Notes under the pieces: model-generated
What the model was told of the DNA's origin: nothing
The model's input: only the letters and a program-made list of their open reading frames with translations
Databases searched by the model: none
Part shown: positions 17,202 through 26,437 of the stretch, piece by piece
How positions within the stretch are numbered: position 1 is the first letter of the stretch
Layout: every line of letters starts with the position of its first letter
Program-made: the position numbers and the translations under genes
Source of the DNA: Acidimicrobiales bacterium
Lineage (GTDB): Bacteria; Actinomycetota; Acidimicrobiia; Acidimicrobiales; SZUA-35
NCBI GenBank assembly: GCA_020629695.1
Contig: JAHDCV010000003.1
Coordinates: 45,587 to 109,586, forward strand
Length of the DNA: 64,000 nt
Direction: 5' to 3'

Positions 17202-18659
17202 ATGGCCCGGCGACCGCCTCGGACCCGACGACTCGGGCTCCAGGCCAGGGTCGCGCTGTTCTACGCTCTCGGCGCGCTCCTGTTCTCGTCGGCCCTCGCC
17301 GGGACAGCGTTCGTCGTCACCCGGAACCGGCTCGTCGACAGCGCCGCCGAGCGGGCGAGAGACCAGGTCGAAGCCAACGCCGGCCGAATCCGGAACGGCC
17401 TGGAAGACCTCCCACCGCCGGACCAACGCGAAGCCGTGGCCGAAGGCGAACTCGACACCGTCGAGCTCACGCTGGACGGCACGTTCCGTCCGAACCGGAC
17501 GCGTTCGCTCCTCGTGTTCGAGGGTGAATCACGTTCGATCGGCGGTGTGGAGGCCGACGCCGTGCCCCAACCACTGCGCATCGTCGTGCAGGACGGTTCG
17601 GCCGGTCAGATCATCACGACCAACGCCGATGGGCAGAGCCTGCTCGCGATCGGTGTCTTCATCGCCGCGATCGACGCCGAGTACTACGAGCTCGCTCGGC
17701 TCGACGAACTCGACGACACCCTCGCGACGCTCCGCAACATCCTCGCCGGATCCGCGATCGGCACCGCCGGACTCGGGGCGGCGCTCGGGGCCTGGTCGGC
17801 CCGCCGGTTGCTCCGCCCGATCGGCAACGTGAGCCGGACCGCACAACGCATCGCCGCCGGCGACCTGAGCGAGCGGCTCGACCCGGCCGTCGACCCCGAT
17901 CTCGCTCGGCTCGCGACCTCGTTCAACTCGATGGTCGCCACACTCGCCGAGCGACTCGAACGTGACTCCCGCTTCGCCTCCGACGTGTCGCACGAGCTGC
18001 GTTCCCCGCTGATGACCCTCACCGCGTCCATCGAGGTGCTCGAACGCCGCCAGGATCAGCTGCCCGAGGTCGCCGGCCAGGCCGTCGAACTCCTCGGCAC
18101 CGACATCCGCCGCTTCCAGCGTCTCGTCGAGGACCTGCTCGAGATCAGTCGGGCCGATGCCGGAGCCGCTTCGCTCGAGCTGTCACCGCTGCTGCTCAGC
18201 GAGTTCCTCGAACAGGTCGTCGCGACGACCGCCGCGCCCGGTGTCGAGATCAGCCATCCGGCCGACGCCGACGACCTCATCATCTCTGCTGACAAACGCC
18301 GCCTCGCCCAGATCATCTCCAATCTCGTCGACAACGCCGACAAGTACGGCGGCGGCGCCACCGACGTCGGCTACGAGGGCCGCGGCGACGTCGTGCGACT
18401 CTGGGTCGGCGATCGGGGTGCCGGGGTTCCGCTCGCCGACCGGGCACGGATCTTCGATCGATTCAGCCGCGCCGGCGGCGAGGCCGGTCGGCGCGCCACG
18501 GCGACCGGCTCCGGCCTGGGATTGTCACTGGTGGCCGAACACGTCCGGCTCCACGAGGGACGGGTGTGGGTGGACGACCGTCCGGACACCGAGGACGGCG
18601 CCTGGTTCGTGGTCGAGATCCCGGTCGGTGACGTCGAGTCCGATGGGGAGTTCGCATGA
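17202..18659 (+). CDS. mtrB: Sensor histidine kinase (MtrB-like)
   Basis: ATG 17202. Two TM helices flank an extracytoplasmic loop, followed by HAMP, an H-box SHELRSPL, and N/G boxes NLVDNADKYG and GSGLGLSLV. Confidence 0.9.
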   Translation: MARRPPRTRRLGLQARVALFYALGALLFSSALAGTAFVVTRNRLVDSAAERARDQVEANAGRIRNGLEDLPPPDQREAVAEGELDTVELTLDGTFRPNRTRSLLVFEGESRSIGGVEADAVPQPLRIVVQDGSAGQIITTNADGQSLLAIGVFIAAIDAEYYELARLDELDDTLATLRNILAGSAIGTAGLGAALGAWSARRLLRPIGNVSRTAQRIAAGDLSERLDPAVDPDLARLATSFNSMVATLAERLERDSRFASDVSHELRSPLMTLTASIEVLERRQDQLPEVAGQAVELLGTDIRRFQRLVEDLLEISRADAGAASLELSPLLLSEFLEQVVATTAAPGVEISHPADADDLIISADKRRLAQIISNLVDNADKYGGGATDVGYEGRGDVVRLWVGDRGAGVPLADRARIFDRFSRAGGEAGRRATATGSGLGLSLVAEHVRLHEGRVWVDDRPDTEDGAWFVVEIPVGDVESDGEFA

Positions 18660-19312
18660 GTTGGTTCCGCGCCATGTCGGCCGTGATCGCCGTCGCCGTC
18701 GTGGCCTCGTCGTGCGGCGTACCCACCGACAACGACGTCGAGTTGATCGACACCGAGGGATTCGCTGCCTTGACCGACCCCGACACCTCGGAGTCGACCG
18801 GGGCGACGACACCGTTCCTCGTGCAGGGAGACGCGTTCGCGCTCTACTTCATCAACGGCAACCAGGAACTGGAGTCGGTCGTGCGTCCCTTCGCCGAGGG
18901 CACGACCCAGGCCGATCTCGTCCAGGCCCTGGTCGATGGGCCGTCCGTGGGGGAACAAGCCGACGCCGTGCTCGTCACCCGGCTCCAGCCCACGGCGGCG
19001 CCCCGGATCGTCCGCAACGAGAGCGGCACGCTGACGATCCTGGTCGCAGACGAGGCCGAGGTCCGCAATGACGAGAACCTGCGCGACATCTTCGGCCAGC
19101 TGGTCTGCACCATGGGTCGCCTCGTCGGTGTCGATCGGGTTGCGGTGGAAGACGGCGAAGGGCCGATTCCGTTCAGCCCCGGTGACGGCGCGCCGCAGCC
19201 GACGGTGTCGATCGAGGAGTACGGCGGCTGCGAACCGCAGTCCACCCTGCTCACGACGACCGTGCCGGACGGGGCGGACTCGACGACCGTGACCGTCGCC
19301 GAGGACGGCTGA
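18656..19312 (+). CDS. Short LpqB-like lipoprotein (GerMN-type domain)
   Basis: ATGA overlap with the mtrB stop. Lipoprotein signal with lipobox VVASS-C. In the conserved third position of the mtrAB-lpqB operon but only 218 aa. Confidence 0.65.
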   Translation: MSWFRAMSAVIAVAVVASSCGVPTDNDVELIDTEGFAALTDPDTSESTGATTPFLVQGDAFALYFINGNQELESVVRPFAEGTTQADLVQALVDGPSVGEQADAVLVTRLQPTAAPRIVRNESGTLTILVADEAEVRNDENLRDIFGQLVCTMGRLVGVDRVAVEDGEGPIPFSPGDGAPQPTVSIEEYGGCEPQSTLLTTTVPDGADSTTVTVAEDG

Positions 19313-19321
19313 GCGACCCGG

Positions 19322-20350
19322 TCAGACGAACGAGACGCCGCCACGCGGGGCGGCCCGCTTCCACCAGGTCTCGACGTCGAGCTCGACACCGGGCTCCGCG
19401 AAAGCGACCAACGAGCCGCCGAATCCGCCACCCGTGAGACGGGCACCGAGCACGCCGGGGGTGGCCCGCACGCGGGCCACCATCGCATCGACCTCGTCGT
19501 TCGAGGTCTCGTAGTCCTCGGCGAGCGAGCGGTGACCCTCGTCGAGCAGCCGACCGGCGTCGACGACGTCGCCGGCGGCGAAGGCCTCGATCATCGACAG
19601 GACGCGTGCGTTCTCGGTCACGATGTGACGACCGCGACGTCGCAGCACCGCATCGTCGAGCGCCTCGACCTCAGCCAGGGCGACCTCGCGGAGCGGGCCG
19701 AGCCGTCGGGTGAGTTCGGCCGCAGACGCCGCTCGGTCGTTGTACTGCGACCCCTCCAACTGGCGATACACGCCGGAGTGGACCACGAGGACATCGAGAC
19801 CGTCGGGCAGCGTCACGGGATCCGTCTCGAGCGTCGCACAGTCGAGCAGGAGCGCCTGGCCCGTGCCGGACACGGCGATCGCCGCCTGATCCATGATCCC
19901 GATGTTGACACCGAACGCATCGATCTCCGCTTGACGGCAGGCCTGCGCCAGCGCCATGCGGTCGTGGTCCCATGCCGATCCCGGACCGGCGAGCGCCAGC
20001 GCCACACCGCAGGACAATGCGGAACTCGACGACAACCCCGAGGCGGGCGGCAGGTCCGACGTCAGATGTGCGGTCAGCCCGACCTCGGGTCCGAGGTCGA
20101 GTTGTGCGAGCAGCGACGGCAGGAATCGGCCCCAGGATCCGAGTACGGCGGTGTCGGGGGCATCGAGGCGATAGGACACGGCACCCTCGGCGGTGTCGGA
20201 CGTGAGATCGATGCGGCCCGGCGTGGTCGCACCGCGGATCGTGATCCCGACGCTGAGGGCCATCGGCAACACGAGGCCACCGGAATAGTCGGTGTGTTCT
20301 CCGATGAGATTCACCCGACCGGGGCTGAACACGTGCACATCGGTGGTCAT
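19322..20350 (-). CDS. galK: Galactokinase (GHMP kinase)
   Basis: Galactokinase signature GRVNLIGEHTDYSGG and GHMP ATP motif PPASGLSSSSALSCG. Confidence 0.9.
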   Translation of the reverse strand: MTTDVHVFSPGRVNLIGEHTDYSGGLVLPMALSVGITIRGATTPGRIDLTSDTAEGAVSYRLDAPDTAVLGSWGRFLPSLLAQLDLGPEVGLTAHLTSDLPPASGLSSSSALSCGVALALAGPGSAWDHDRMALAQACRQAEIDAFGVNIGIMDQAAIAVSGTGQALLLDCATLETDPVTLPDGLDVLVVHSGVYRQLEGSQYNDRAASAAELTRRLGPLREVALAEVEALDDAVLRRRGRHIVTENARVLSMIEAFAAGDVVDAGRLLDEGHRSLAEDYETSNDEVDAMVARVRATPGVLGARLTGGGFGGSLVAFAEPGVELDVETWWKRAAPRGGVSFV

Positions 20351-20366
20351 GCGACAACGTCCTGGT

Positions 20367-21395
20367 TCATGCGAAGAACTCCCGAGCGACCGACCACAGC
20401 TGGGGGTTCACCGGTTTCAGCTCGGCGACGGCGTCGGCGATCGGCACCCGGATCACCTCGTCGGCCACGTAGGCCACCATCTGGCCCCATGCCTCGTCGT
20501 GCACGGCGTCGATCGCCGCGACCCCGTACCACGTCGACAGCACCCGATCGAACGGTGTGGGTGACCCACCACGCTGCACGTGGCCGAGCACCGTGACCCG
20601 GGTCTCGAACCCGGTGCGGTGCTCGATCTCGGAGGCGACGAGGTTGCCGATGCCGCCGAGCCGGATGTGTCCGTACTGGTCGTATTCGTCCGCCGGGATC
20701 TCGATCGTCCCGGGCACGGGCTTCGCTCCCTCGGCCACGACGACGATCGACGCGTACTTGCCCCGCTCGTGTCGGCGGGCGAGCGCGGCGCAGACGTCTT
20801 CGATGTCGAACGCCTCTTCGGGGATGAGTGTCATCGTCGCTCCCCCGGCGATGCCCGACCACGTCGCGATGTGGCCGACGTGGCGACCCATGACCTCGAT
20901 CACCATCACCCGGTTGTGCGACTCGGCCGTCGTGTGGAGCCGATCGATCGCCTCGGTCGCGATCGACACGGCGGTGTCGAACCCGAACGTGCGCTCCGTG
21001 ATCCCGATGTCGTTGTCGATCGTCTTCGGCACACCGATGACGGGCAGCCCGTCGCGGTGGAGCTCGGCGGTGCACGACAACGTGCCCTCACCACCGATCG
21101 CGACGATCGCGTCGAGCTGTTCGCGTTCGATCGTCGCCCGGATCCGCTCCACGCCGTCGGGGAACATGTACGGCTGGATCCGAGAGGTTCCGAGGATCGT
21201 GCCGCCCCGCGGAAGCGTGCCCCGCAGGCCCTCGACATCGAGTTCCATGAACTCGCCGTCCATCACGCCACGCCAACCGTCGATGAATCCGAGGAGCTCG
21301 TCGCCGTAGTGCCGTTCGCCCTTCCGCACGATCGCCCGGATGACCGCATTGAGGCCCGGACAGTCCCCGCCCCCGGTCAGGATGCCGACTCGCAT
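20367..21395 (-). CDS. pfkA: 6-phosphofructokinase (ATP- or PPi-dependent)
   Basis: MRVGILTGGGDCPGLNAVIR, IGGEGT, GVPKTIDNDI and MGRHVGHIA. ATG 21395 is preceded by GGAGGA; the track ORF extends to 21434. Confidence 0.92.
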   Translation of the reverse strand: MRVGILTGGGDCPGLNAVIRAIVRKGERHYGDELLGFIDGWRGVMDGEFMELDVEGLRGTLPRGGTILGTSRIQPYMFPDGVERIRATIEREQLDAIVAIGGEGTLSCTAELHRDGLPVIGVPKTIDNDIGITERTFGFDTAVSIATEAIDRLHTTAESHNRVMVIEVMGRHVGHIATWSGIAGGATMTLIPEEAFDIEDVCAALARRHERGKYASIVVVAEGAKPVPGTIEIPADEYDQYGHIRLGGIGNLVASEIEHRTGFETRVTVLGHVQRGGSPTPFDRVLSTWYGVAAIDAVHDEAWGQMVAYVADEVIRVPIADAVAELKPVNPQLWSVAREFFA

Positions 21396-21499
21396 TCGCG
21401 TTCCTCCGCTTCTCCCTGTACCACCAGAGCCCATCTCTCGGCGGTCGCTTCGCGGCGCTGCGAATCCGTTCAGCCTACGCGCACGAAACGCCGTCTACG

Positions 21500-22990
21500 G
21501 TGCGTTCCATGGCAGTCGTGATCGCACTGGACGCAGGCACCACCGGAGTTCGAGCCCTCGCCATCGCCGAGGATTCCTCGGTGGTCGGATGGTCGTATCG
21601 GGAATTCACCCAGCACTTCCCGCAACCCGGCTGGGTCGAACACGACGCCACCGAGATCTGGACCTCCATCCAGACCGTGATCGCGGAGCTGATGAGCACC
21701 CTCGATCAGCCGGTGGCGGCGATCGGGATCACCGACCAGCGCGAAACGGTGGTCGCCTGGGACCGTCGCACCGGCGCGCCGAGGCACCGAGCGATCGTCT
21801 GGCAGGATCGTCGGACCGCCGACACCTGCGAGGCCCTCGAGGCGGCGGGCCACCTCGACACGGTCCGGCATCGGACCGGGCTCGTGCTGGATCCGTACTT
21901 CTCGGGCACGAAGTTCGCGTGGTTGCTGAACGAAGGCGGCGTCCAGGTCGACGAACACCTCGCCCTGGGCACGATCGACTCGTGGCTCGTGTGGAAGCTG
22001 ACCGGCGGCGCCGCCCACGTGACCGAACCCTCGAACGCGAGCCGGACGATGCTGTTCGACATCCGGGAGATGGCCTGGTCGGACGAGCTGTGCGATCTGC
22101 TCGGTGTCCCGATGGCCGCGCTGCCCGAGGTCCGACCCACCTCGGGTCGGTTCGGTGAAACCGCCGACACGACCGCCCTCGGCGCCGGCATCCCGATCTC
22201 GGGGATCGCCGGCGACCAGCAAGCGGCGTTGTTCGGTCAGGCCTGCTTCGAGACCGGGATGACCAAGAACACCTACGGCACCGGATCGTTCCTGCTCATG
22301 AACGTCGGCAACGAGTGTCCGGACCCCGTCGACGGGCTCCTCACCACGGTCGGCTGGACCCTCGGGGAAGGACAGGCGCCGACGTATGCCTTCGAGGGGG
22401 CGGTGTTCGTGACCGGCGCCGCCATCCAGTGGCTCCGCGATGGCCTCGGCATCATCGACGAAGCCGCCGAGATCGGCCCGCTCGCGGCGTCGGTTCCCGA
22501 CTCGGGGGACGTCTTCCTCGTGCCGGCGTTCGCCGGGCTCGGCTCCCCCTGGTGGGACCCGTATGCCCGGGGCACGATCGTCGGCATCACCCGGGGTACC
22601 GGCCGAGCGGAGATCGCCCGAGCGACGGTCGAGTCGATGGCGTTCCAGGTGCGCGACCTGGTCGACCTCATGGCGGGAGCGGCCGGACGCCCACCGGCCG
22701 AGCTGCGCGTCGACGGTGGTGCCTCGGTGATGGATCTCCTCCTCCAGATCCAGGCCGATCAACTCGGCGTGACCGTGACCCGGCCGTCGAACCAGGAGAC
22801 CACCGCGCTCGGCGCGGCCTACCTGGCCGGACTGGCCGAGGGGTTCTGGGGCTCACTCGACGAGGTCACGGCCGCATGGGCGGTCGATGCCCGCTTCGCA
22901 CCGACGTCCGAGCGAGCCGCCGCCGACCGGCTCCACGGCCGGTGGCTGCAGGCCGTCGAGCGCAGCCGAGGCTGGGCCCGCACGAGCTGA
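21500..22990 (+). CDS. glpK: Glycerol kinase
   Basis: FGGY family: IALDAGTTGVRA, ITDQRETVVAWD and GIAGDQQAALFGQ. Start at GTG 21500 or ATG 21509. Confidence 0.95.
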   Translation: MRSMAVVIALDAGTTGVRALAIAEDSSVVGWSYREFTQHFPQPGWVEHDATEIWTSIQTVIAELMSTLDQPVAAIGITDQRETVVAWDRRTGAPRHRAIVWQDRRTADTCEALEAAGHLDTVRHRTGLVLDPYFSGTKFAWLLNEGGVQVDEHLALGTIDSWLVWKLTGGAAHVTEPSNASRTMLFDIREMAWSDELCDLLGVPMAALPEVRPTSGRFGETADTTALGAGIPISGIAGDQQAALFGQACFETGMTKNTYGTGSFLLMNVGNECPDPVDGLLTTVGWTLGEGQAPTYAFEGAVFVTGAAIQWLRDGLGIIDEAAEIGPLAASVPDSGDVFLVPAFAGLGSPWWDPYARGTIVGITRGTGRAEIARATVESMAFQVRDLVDLMAGAAGRPPAELRVDGGASVMDLLLQIQADQLGVTVTRPSNQETTALGAAYLAGLAEGFWGSLDEVTAAWAVDARFAPTSERAAADRLHGRWLQAVERSRGWARTS

Positions 22991-23027
22991 GGACCACACA
23001 TCGTCGCATCGTGGTTCCGACGACTCG

Positions 23028-23051
23028 GTTCTTGACCGAGCGGTCAAGAAC
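23028..23051. promoter_or_regulatory. Perfect inverted repeat, candidate TetR operator
   Basis: GTTCTTGACCG-AG-CGGTCAAGAAC has 11-bp perfect arms and a 2-nt spacer and ends 17 nt upstream of the TetR GTG start (23069). It is relatively AT-rich for this genome. Confidence 0.6.
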
Positions 23052-23068
23052 TGCCTACCGTCAACCGC

Positions 23069-23695
23069 GTGTCCACGACGGCAGATGAACGCAAGCTGAC
23101 CCCTCGGGGCAGAGATCGTCGTCAGAGCCTGCTCGCGTACGCCACGAAACGTTTCGCCGAGAACGGCTACCACCCGACGTCCGTGGCCGACATCGTCGAC
23201 GGTGTCGGAGTCGGCAAGGGTGTCTTCTACTGGTACTTCCCGTCGAAGGACGATCTGCTCCGGGAGATCCTGCGGGATTCGATCTACGACCTCCGCAAGA
23301 CCCAACAGGCATCGATCGACGCCGTCGACGGTCCGCTCGACAAACTCGAAGCCGGTGTCCGCGCCTCGATGGCCTGGTCGATGACGCATCCCGAGATCCT
23401 CCGCCTGGTGGCCTTCGCCTGGACCGAGCAGACCTTCGCCGATGCGCTCCGTCGAGGTGAACAGATCCTCGTCGCCGACACGGCCAAGCACCTCCGGGCT
23501 GCGATCGACGCCGGCGACATCGCCGAGGGCGATCCCGAACTCCTCGCCGTCGCGGTGAACGGCATCAGCCGTCAGCTCTCCACACCCGACACCGGACAGG
23601 TGAAGGGTGGCGCGATGACGTCGATCGACGAAGCCCAGATCCAGGAACGCATCGAGCTGGGTGTGCGCATGGTCCTGCACGGCGTCCGTGGCTGA
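23069..23695 (+). CDS. TetR-family transcriptional regulator
   Basis: N-terminal HTH FAENGYHPTSVADIVDGVGVGKGVFYWYFPSKDDLL. Confidence 0.92.
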   Translation: MSTTADERKLTPRGRDRRQSLLAYATKRFAENGYHPTSVADIVDGVGVGKGVFYWYFPSKDDLLREILRDSIYDLRKTQQASIDAVDGPLDKLEAGVRASMAWSMTHPEILRLVAFAWTEQTFADALRRGEQILVADTAKHLRAAIDAGDIAEGDPELLAVAVNGISRQLSTPDTGQVKGGAMTSIDEAQIQERIELGVRMVLHGVRG

Positions 23696-24431
23696 CGACC
23701 AGACCCGAAACGCACCGCCGCAGGCGGTCAGCGTCGACGCACCGCCGCAGGCGGTCATCTTCGACACACCGCCGCAGGCGGTCATCTTCGACAAGGACGG
23801 CACGCTCGTCGACTTCGAGCGGACGTGGTCGTTGCCGTCGGTCCGGGCGATCCGTGCCGCCGCCCACTCCCCCGCCGCAGCGGCGGAGGCAGCCGATGCG
23901 CTCGGGCTCGATCTCGAGACCGGCCGGTTCGCCGACGACTCGTTGTTCCTGCTCGGACCCAACGACGCCTGCGACGACGCGACGCGCCACCTGCTCGACC
24001 TCGTCCGCTATCGGGAGGTGCTCGACGCGGAGTCCGGCCGGGCCGTCGCACCGATGCCGGGGGCCGAGGCGTTGCTCGACCTCCTCGACGGGAGGGGGCT
24101 CCCACGAGCGGTCATGACGAACGACAGCGAGGCCGCCGCGATCCGCCAGCTGACGCGGCTCGGCTGGCTCGATCGGTTCGACGCCGTGCTCGGCTTCGAC
24201 TCCGGTCACGGGGCGAAACCCGACCCGTCCCCGGTGCTCGCCGCCGCTGCCGCGCTGGGAGTGCCCGCCGCCGCGTGTGTGATGGTCGGCGACACCGGTC
24301 ACGACATCGACGCCGGCCGCGCCGCGGGCATGCGGACGATCCTGATCGATCCGGATCGCCGCTACCCCGGACTCGCCGCCGACATCGTCGTCGACGACCT
24401 CGACGGAATCGTGGCCTGGCTCGACTCGTGA
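23688..24431 (+). CDS. HAD-superfamily hydrolase (phosphoglycolate phosphatase-like)
   Basis: Motif I IFDKDGTLVDFE, motif II VMTND, motif III/IV GAKPDP ... MVGDTGHDIDAG. The only in-frame starts are GTG 23688 and GTG 23661, both overlapping the tetR 3' end. The repeat region contains no ATG, GTG or TTG. Confidence 0.85.
   Translation: MADDQTRNAPPQAVSVDAPPQAVIFDTPPQAVIFDKDGTLVDFERTWSLPSVRAIRAAAHSPAAAAEAADALGLDLETGRFADDSLFLLGPNDACDDATRHLLDLVRYREVLDAESGRAVAPMPGAEALLDLLDGRGLPRAVMTNDSEAAAIRQLTRLGWLDRFDAVLGFDSGHGAKPDPSPVLAAAAALGVPAAACVMVGDTGHDIDAGRAAGMRTILIDPDRRYPGLAADIVVDDLDGIVAWLDS
23712..23792 (+). repeat. 3 x 27-bp near-perfect in-frame tandem repeat, each unit with the palindrome ACCGCC-GCA-GGCGGT
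   Basis: The units are 23712-23738, 23739-23765 and 23766-23792. Units 2 and 3 differ at 1 nt; unit 1 differs from unit 2 at 2 nt. They encode (A/T)PPQAV(S/I)(V/F)D three times. Confidence 0.95.
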
Positions 24432-24532
24432 CCGAGGCGGTCACCCGTCGCCGCCAGACGTCGGCGGCGGTGATCGGTCCGGACGTCGAGTCGATCGGCG
24501 AACCGGGACGGCCCACCTGGAACACTGGGGCC

Positions 24533-25351
24533 ATGGGGACCGAGGCCGACACGATCGCTGCGACCGAGCAACCGGTCACGAGGGCTCGGCTGGCCGCCGA
24601 CCTGGCCGAACTCGGCGTCGCCGCCGGCGACCGTGTGGAGGTACACGCGTCGATCTCCTCCCTCGGCTGGGTGCCGGGCGGAGCCCAGACCGTCCTGCTC
24701 GCTCTGCTCGATGCCGTCGGGTCCGCCGGCACGCTGGTGTTCCCGACCCAGACGGGGCAGCTCAGTGATCCCGCCGGATGGGGCGACCCGCCCGTGCCCG
24801 AGCCGTGGATCCCGGTCCTGCGGGCGGAACTCCCCGCCTTCGATCCGGCTCTGACGCCGAGCCGCGGGATGGGGGTGCTGCCCGAAGTCGCCCGATCCCA
24901 TCCCGGGGCGGTTCGCTCCGCCCACCCGTTGCTGTCGTTCGTCGCGATCGGGCCGGACGCCGCGTCGTTGATGGCCCCGCATGCCCTCGCACCCGCCTTC
25001 GGCGAGACGTCGCCACTCGGGCGCCTCACCGCCGCGGGGGCGTCCGTCCTGCTGCTCGGTGTGGACCACGGGGCCTGCACGGCGCTCCACCTCGCCGAGC
25101 ACCGCTCGACCTGGCCGTCGAAACGTGAGGTCGAGGTCTCGGCGCCGATCCTGGATCGAGGCGGTCGACGGGAGTGGGTGACCTGGACCGACCTCGAGCT
25201 CGACGAAGACGACTTCACGAGCCTGGGTGCGGCCTGGATCGCCGACGGGGGCGGCCGTACGGGCCGTGTCGGCGCGGCCGAGGCCCGCCTCGAGCCGATG
25301 CCGGAGCTGGTCGAGTTCGCCGAGGCCTGGATGACGACCAACCGGACCTGA
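24533..25351 (+). CDS. Aminoglycoside N3-acetyltransferase-family protein, AAC(3)-like
   Basis: VEVHASISSLGWVPGGAQTVLLALLDAVGSAGTLVFPTQTG and later HGACTALHLAEH match the AAC(3)/Antibiotic_NAT pattern. An alternative GTG 24428 overlaps the HAD stop (GTGA). Confidence 0.8.
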   Translation: MGTEADTIAATEQPVTRARLAADLAELGVAAGDRVEVHASISSLGWVPGGAQTVLLALLDAVGSAGTLVFPTQTGQLSDPAGWGDPPVPEPWIPVLRAELPAFDPALTPSRGMGVLPEVARSHPGAVRSAHPLLSFVAIGPDAASLMAPHALAPAFGETSPLGRLTAAGASVLLLGVDHGACTALHLAEHRSTWPSKREVEVSAPILDRGGRREWVTWTDLELDEDDFTSLGAAWIADGGGRTGRVGAAEARLEPMPELVEFAEAWMTTNRT

Positions 25352-25369
25352 CCCCGGGTGCGGCCGGGC

Positions 25370-26437
25370 TCAGCTCATGCCGAGCGGCTCCCACGTCCAG
25401 CGGCGGGCGGCGTCCGCGCCGAAGATGCGGACCTCGGTGCCATCGGCCGTGACGAGCGACTCGGCGGGCTCGACGGCGTCGTCGGCTCGACGGGTCAACC
25501 GGACCGTCGCACTCGATCGCTCCACGCCGTAGTGGTCGGCGCCGTGGTGGGAGACGAACCCCTCGAGCCGATCGAGGGCGTCGAGTTCGTGGAACAGCTC
25601 CGCCACCACCTCGAGTGCGTACGGTGCGTTGAAGATGCCGGCGGCGACCTTGGCGGCCTCCTTGGCACTCAGCGGATGCGGGGCGGAGTCGGTCCCGTAG
25701 AAGAACGACGGGTCCCCCGAGGTCGCGGCCGCGGCGATCGCTCGGCGCTCGTCGGCGGAGTTGATCACCGGCTTGCAGTACAGATGCGGCCGCATGCCGT
25801 TCGCCAACAGATCGGTGCGATCGCAGGTGAGGTGGTGCGGGGTGATCGAGCCGCCGACCTGGCGGTGGTCCCGCACGATGTCGAGCCCGGCCCGGGTCGA
25901 GATGTGTTCCACGGTCACGCGGAGCTCCGGGATCTGTTCGACCACGGGCAGGAGCTGGTGCTCGATGAAGTGGGCCTCCCGGTCGAACAGGTCGATCGCG
26001 GGGTCGGTCGACTCGGCGTGCACGAGCAGCGGGACCCCGGCGGCGGCCATCGCCTCGAGGGTGGCACGATGGCCGAGCAGCGACGATCCCCCGGCGGCGC
26101 TGTTGGTGGTCGCCCCCGCCGGGTAGTACTTCGCACCGAAGACGACACCGTCGGCGACGCCGGCGAGCATGTCGGCCACGTCGAGCTGGTCGTTCAGATA
26201 CAGGACCATCATCGGGGTGAAGTCCGGACGGGCATCGGGGCCGGCGGCGGCGAGAATCCGGTCCCGATACGCGGCAGCCGCCGCGGTCGAGGTGACCGGC
26301 GGGACGAGGTTCGGCATGATGACCGCGTGACGGAACGTCGTCGCCGTGAACGGCGCCACGGCGTCCAGCATCTCGTCATCACGGAGGTGCACGTGCCAGT
26401 CGTCCGGGGCGGCGATGTCGACGGTGATCTCGTTCAC
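25370..26437 (-). CDS. pyrC: Dihydroorotase, class II (E. coli PyrC type)
   Basis: APDDWHVHLRD near the N-terminus and a length of about 350 aa. GTG 26437 overlaps the GNAT stop. Confidence 0.88.
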   Translation of the reverse strand: MNEITVDIAAPDDWHVHLRDDEMLDAVAPFTATTFRHAVIMPNLVPPVTSTAAAAAYRDRILAAAGPDARPDFTPMMVLYLNDQLDVADMLAGVADGVVFGAKYYPAGATTNSAAGGSSLLGHRATLEAMAAAGVPLLVHAESTDPAIDLFDREAHFIEHQLLPVVEQIPELRVTVEHISTRAGLDIVRDHRQVGGSITPHHLTCDRTDLLANGMRPHLYCKPVINSADERRAIAAAATSGDPSFFYGTDSAPHPLSAKEAAKVAAGIFNAPYALEVVAELFHELDALDRLEGFVSHHGADHYGVERSSATVRLTRRADDAVEPAESLVTADGTEVRIFGADAARRWTWEPLGMS

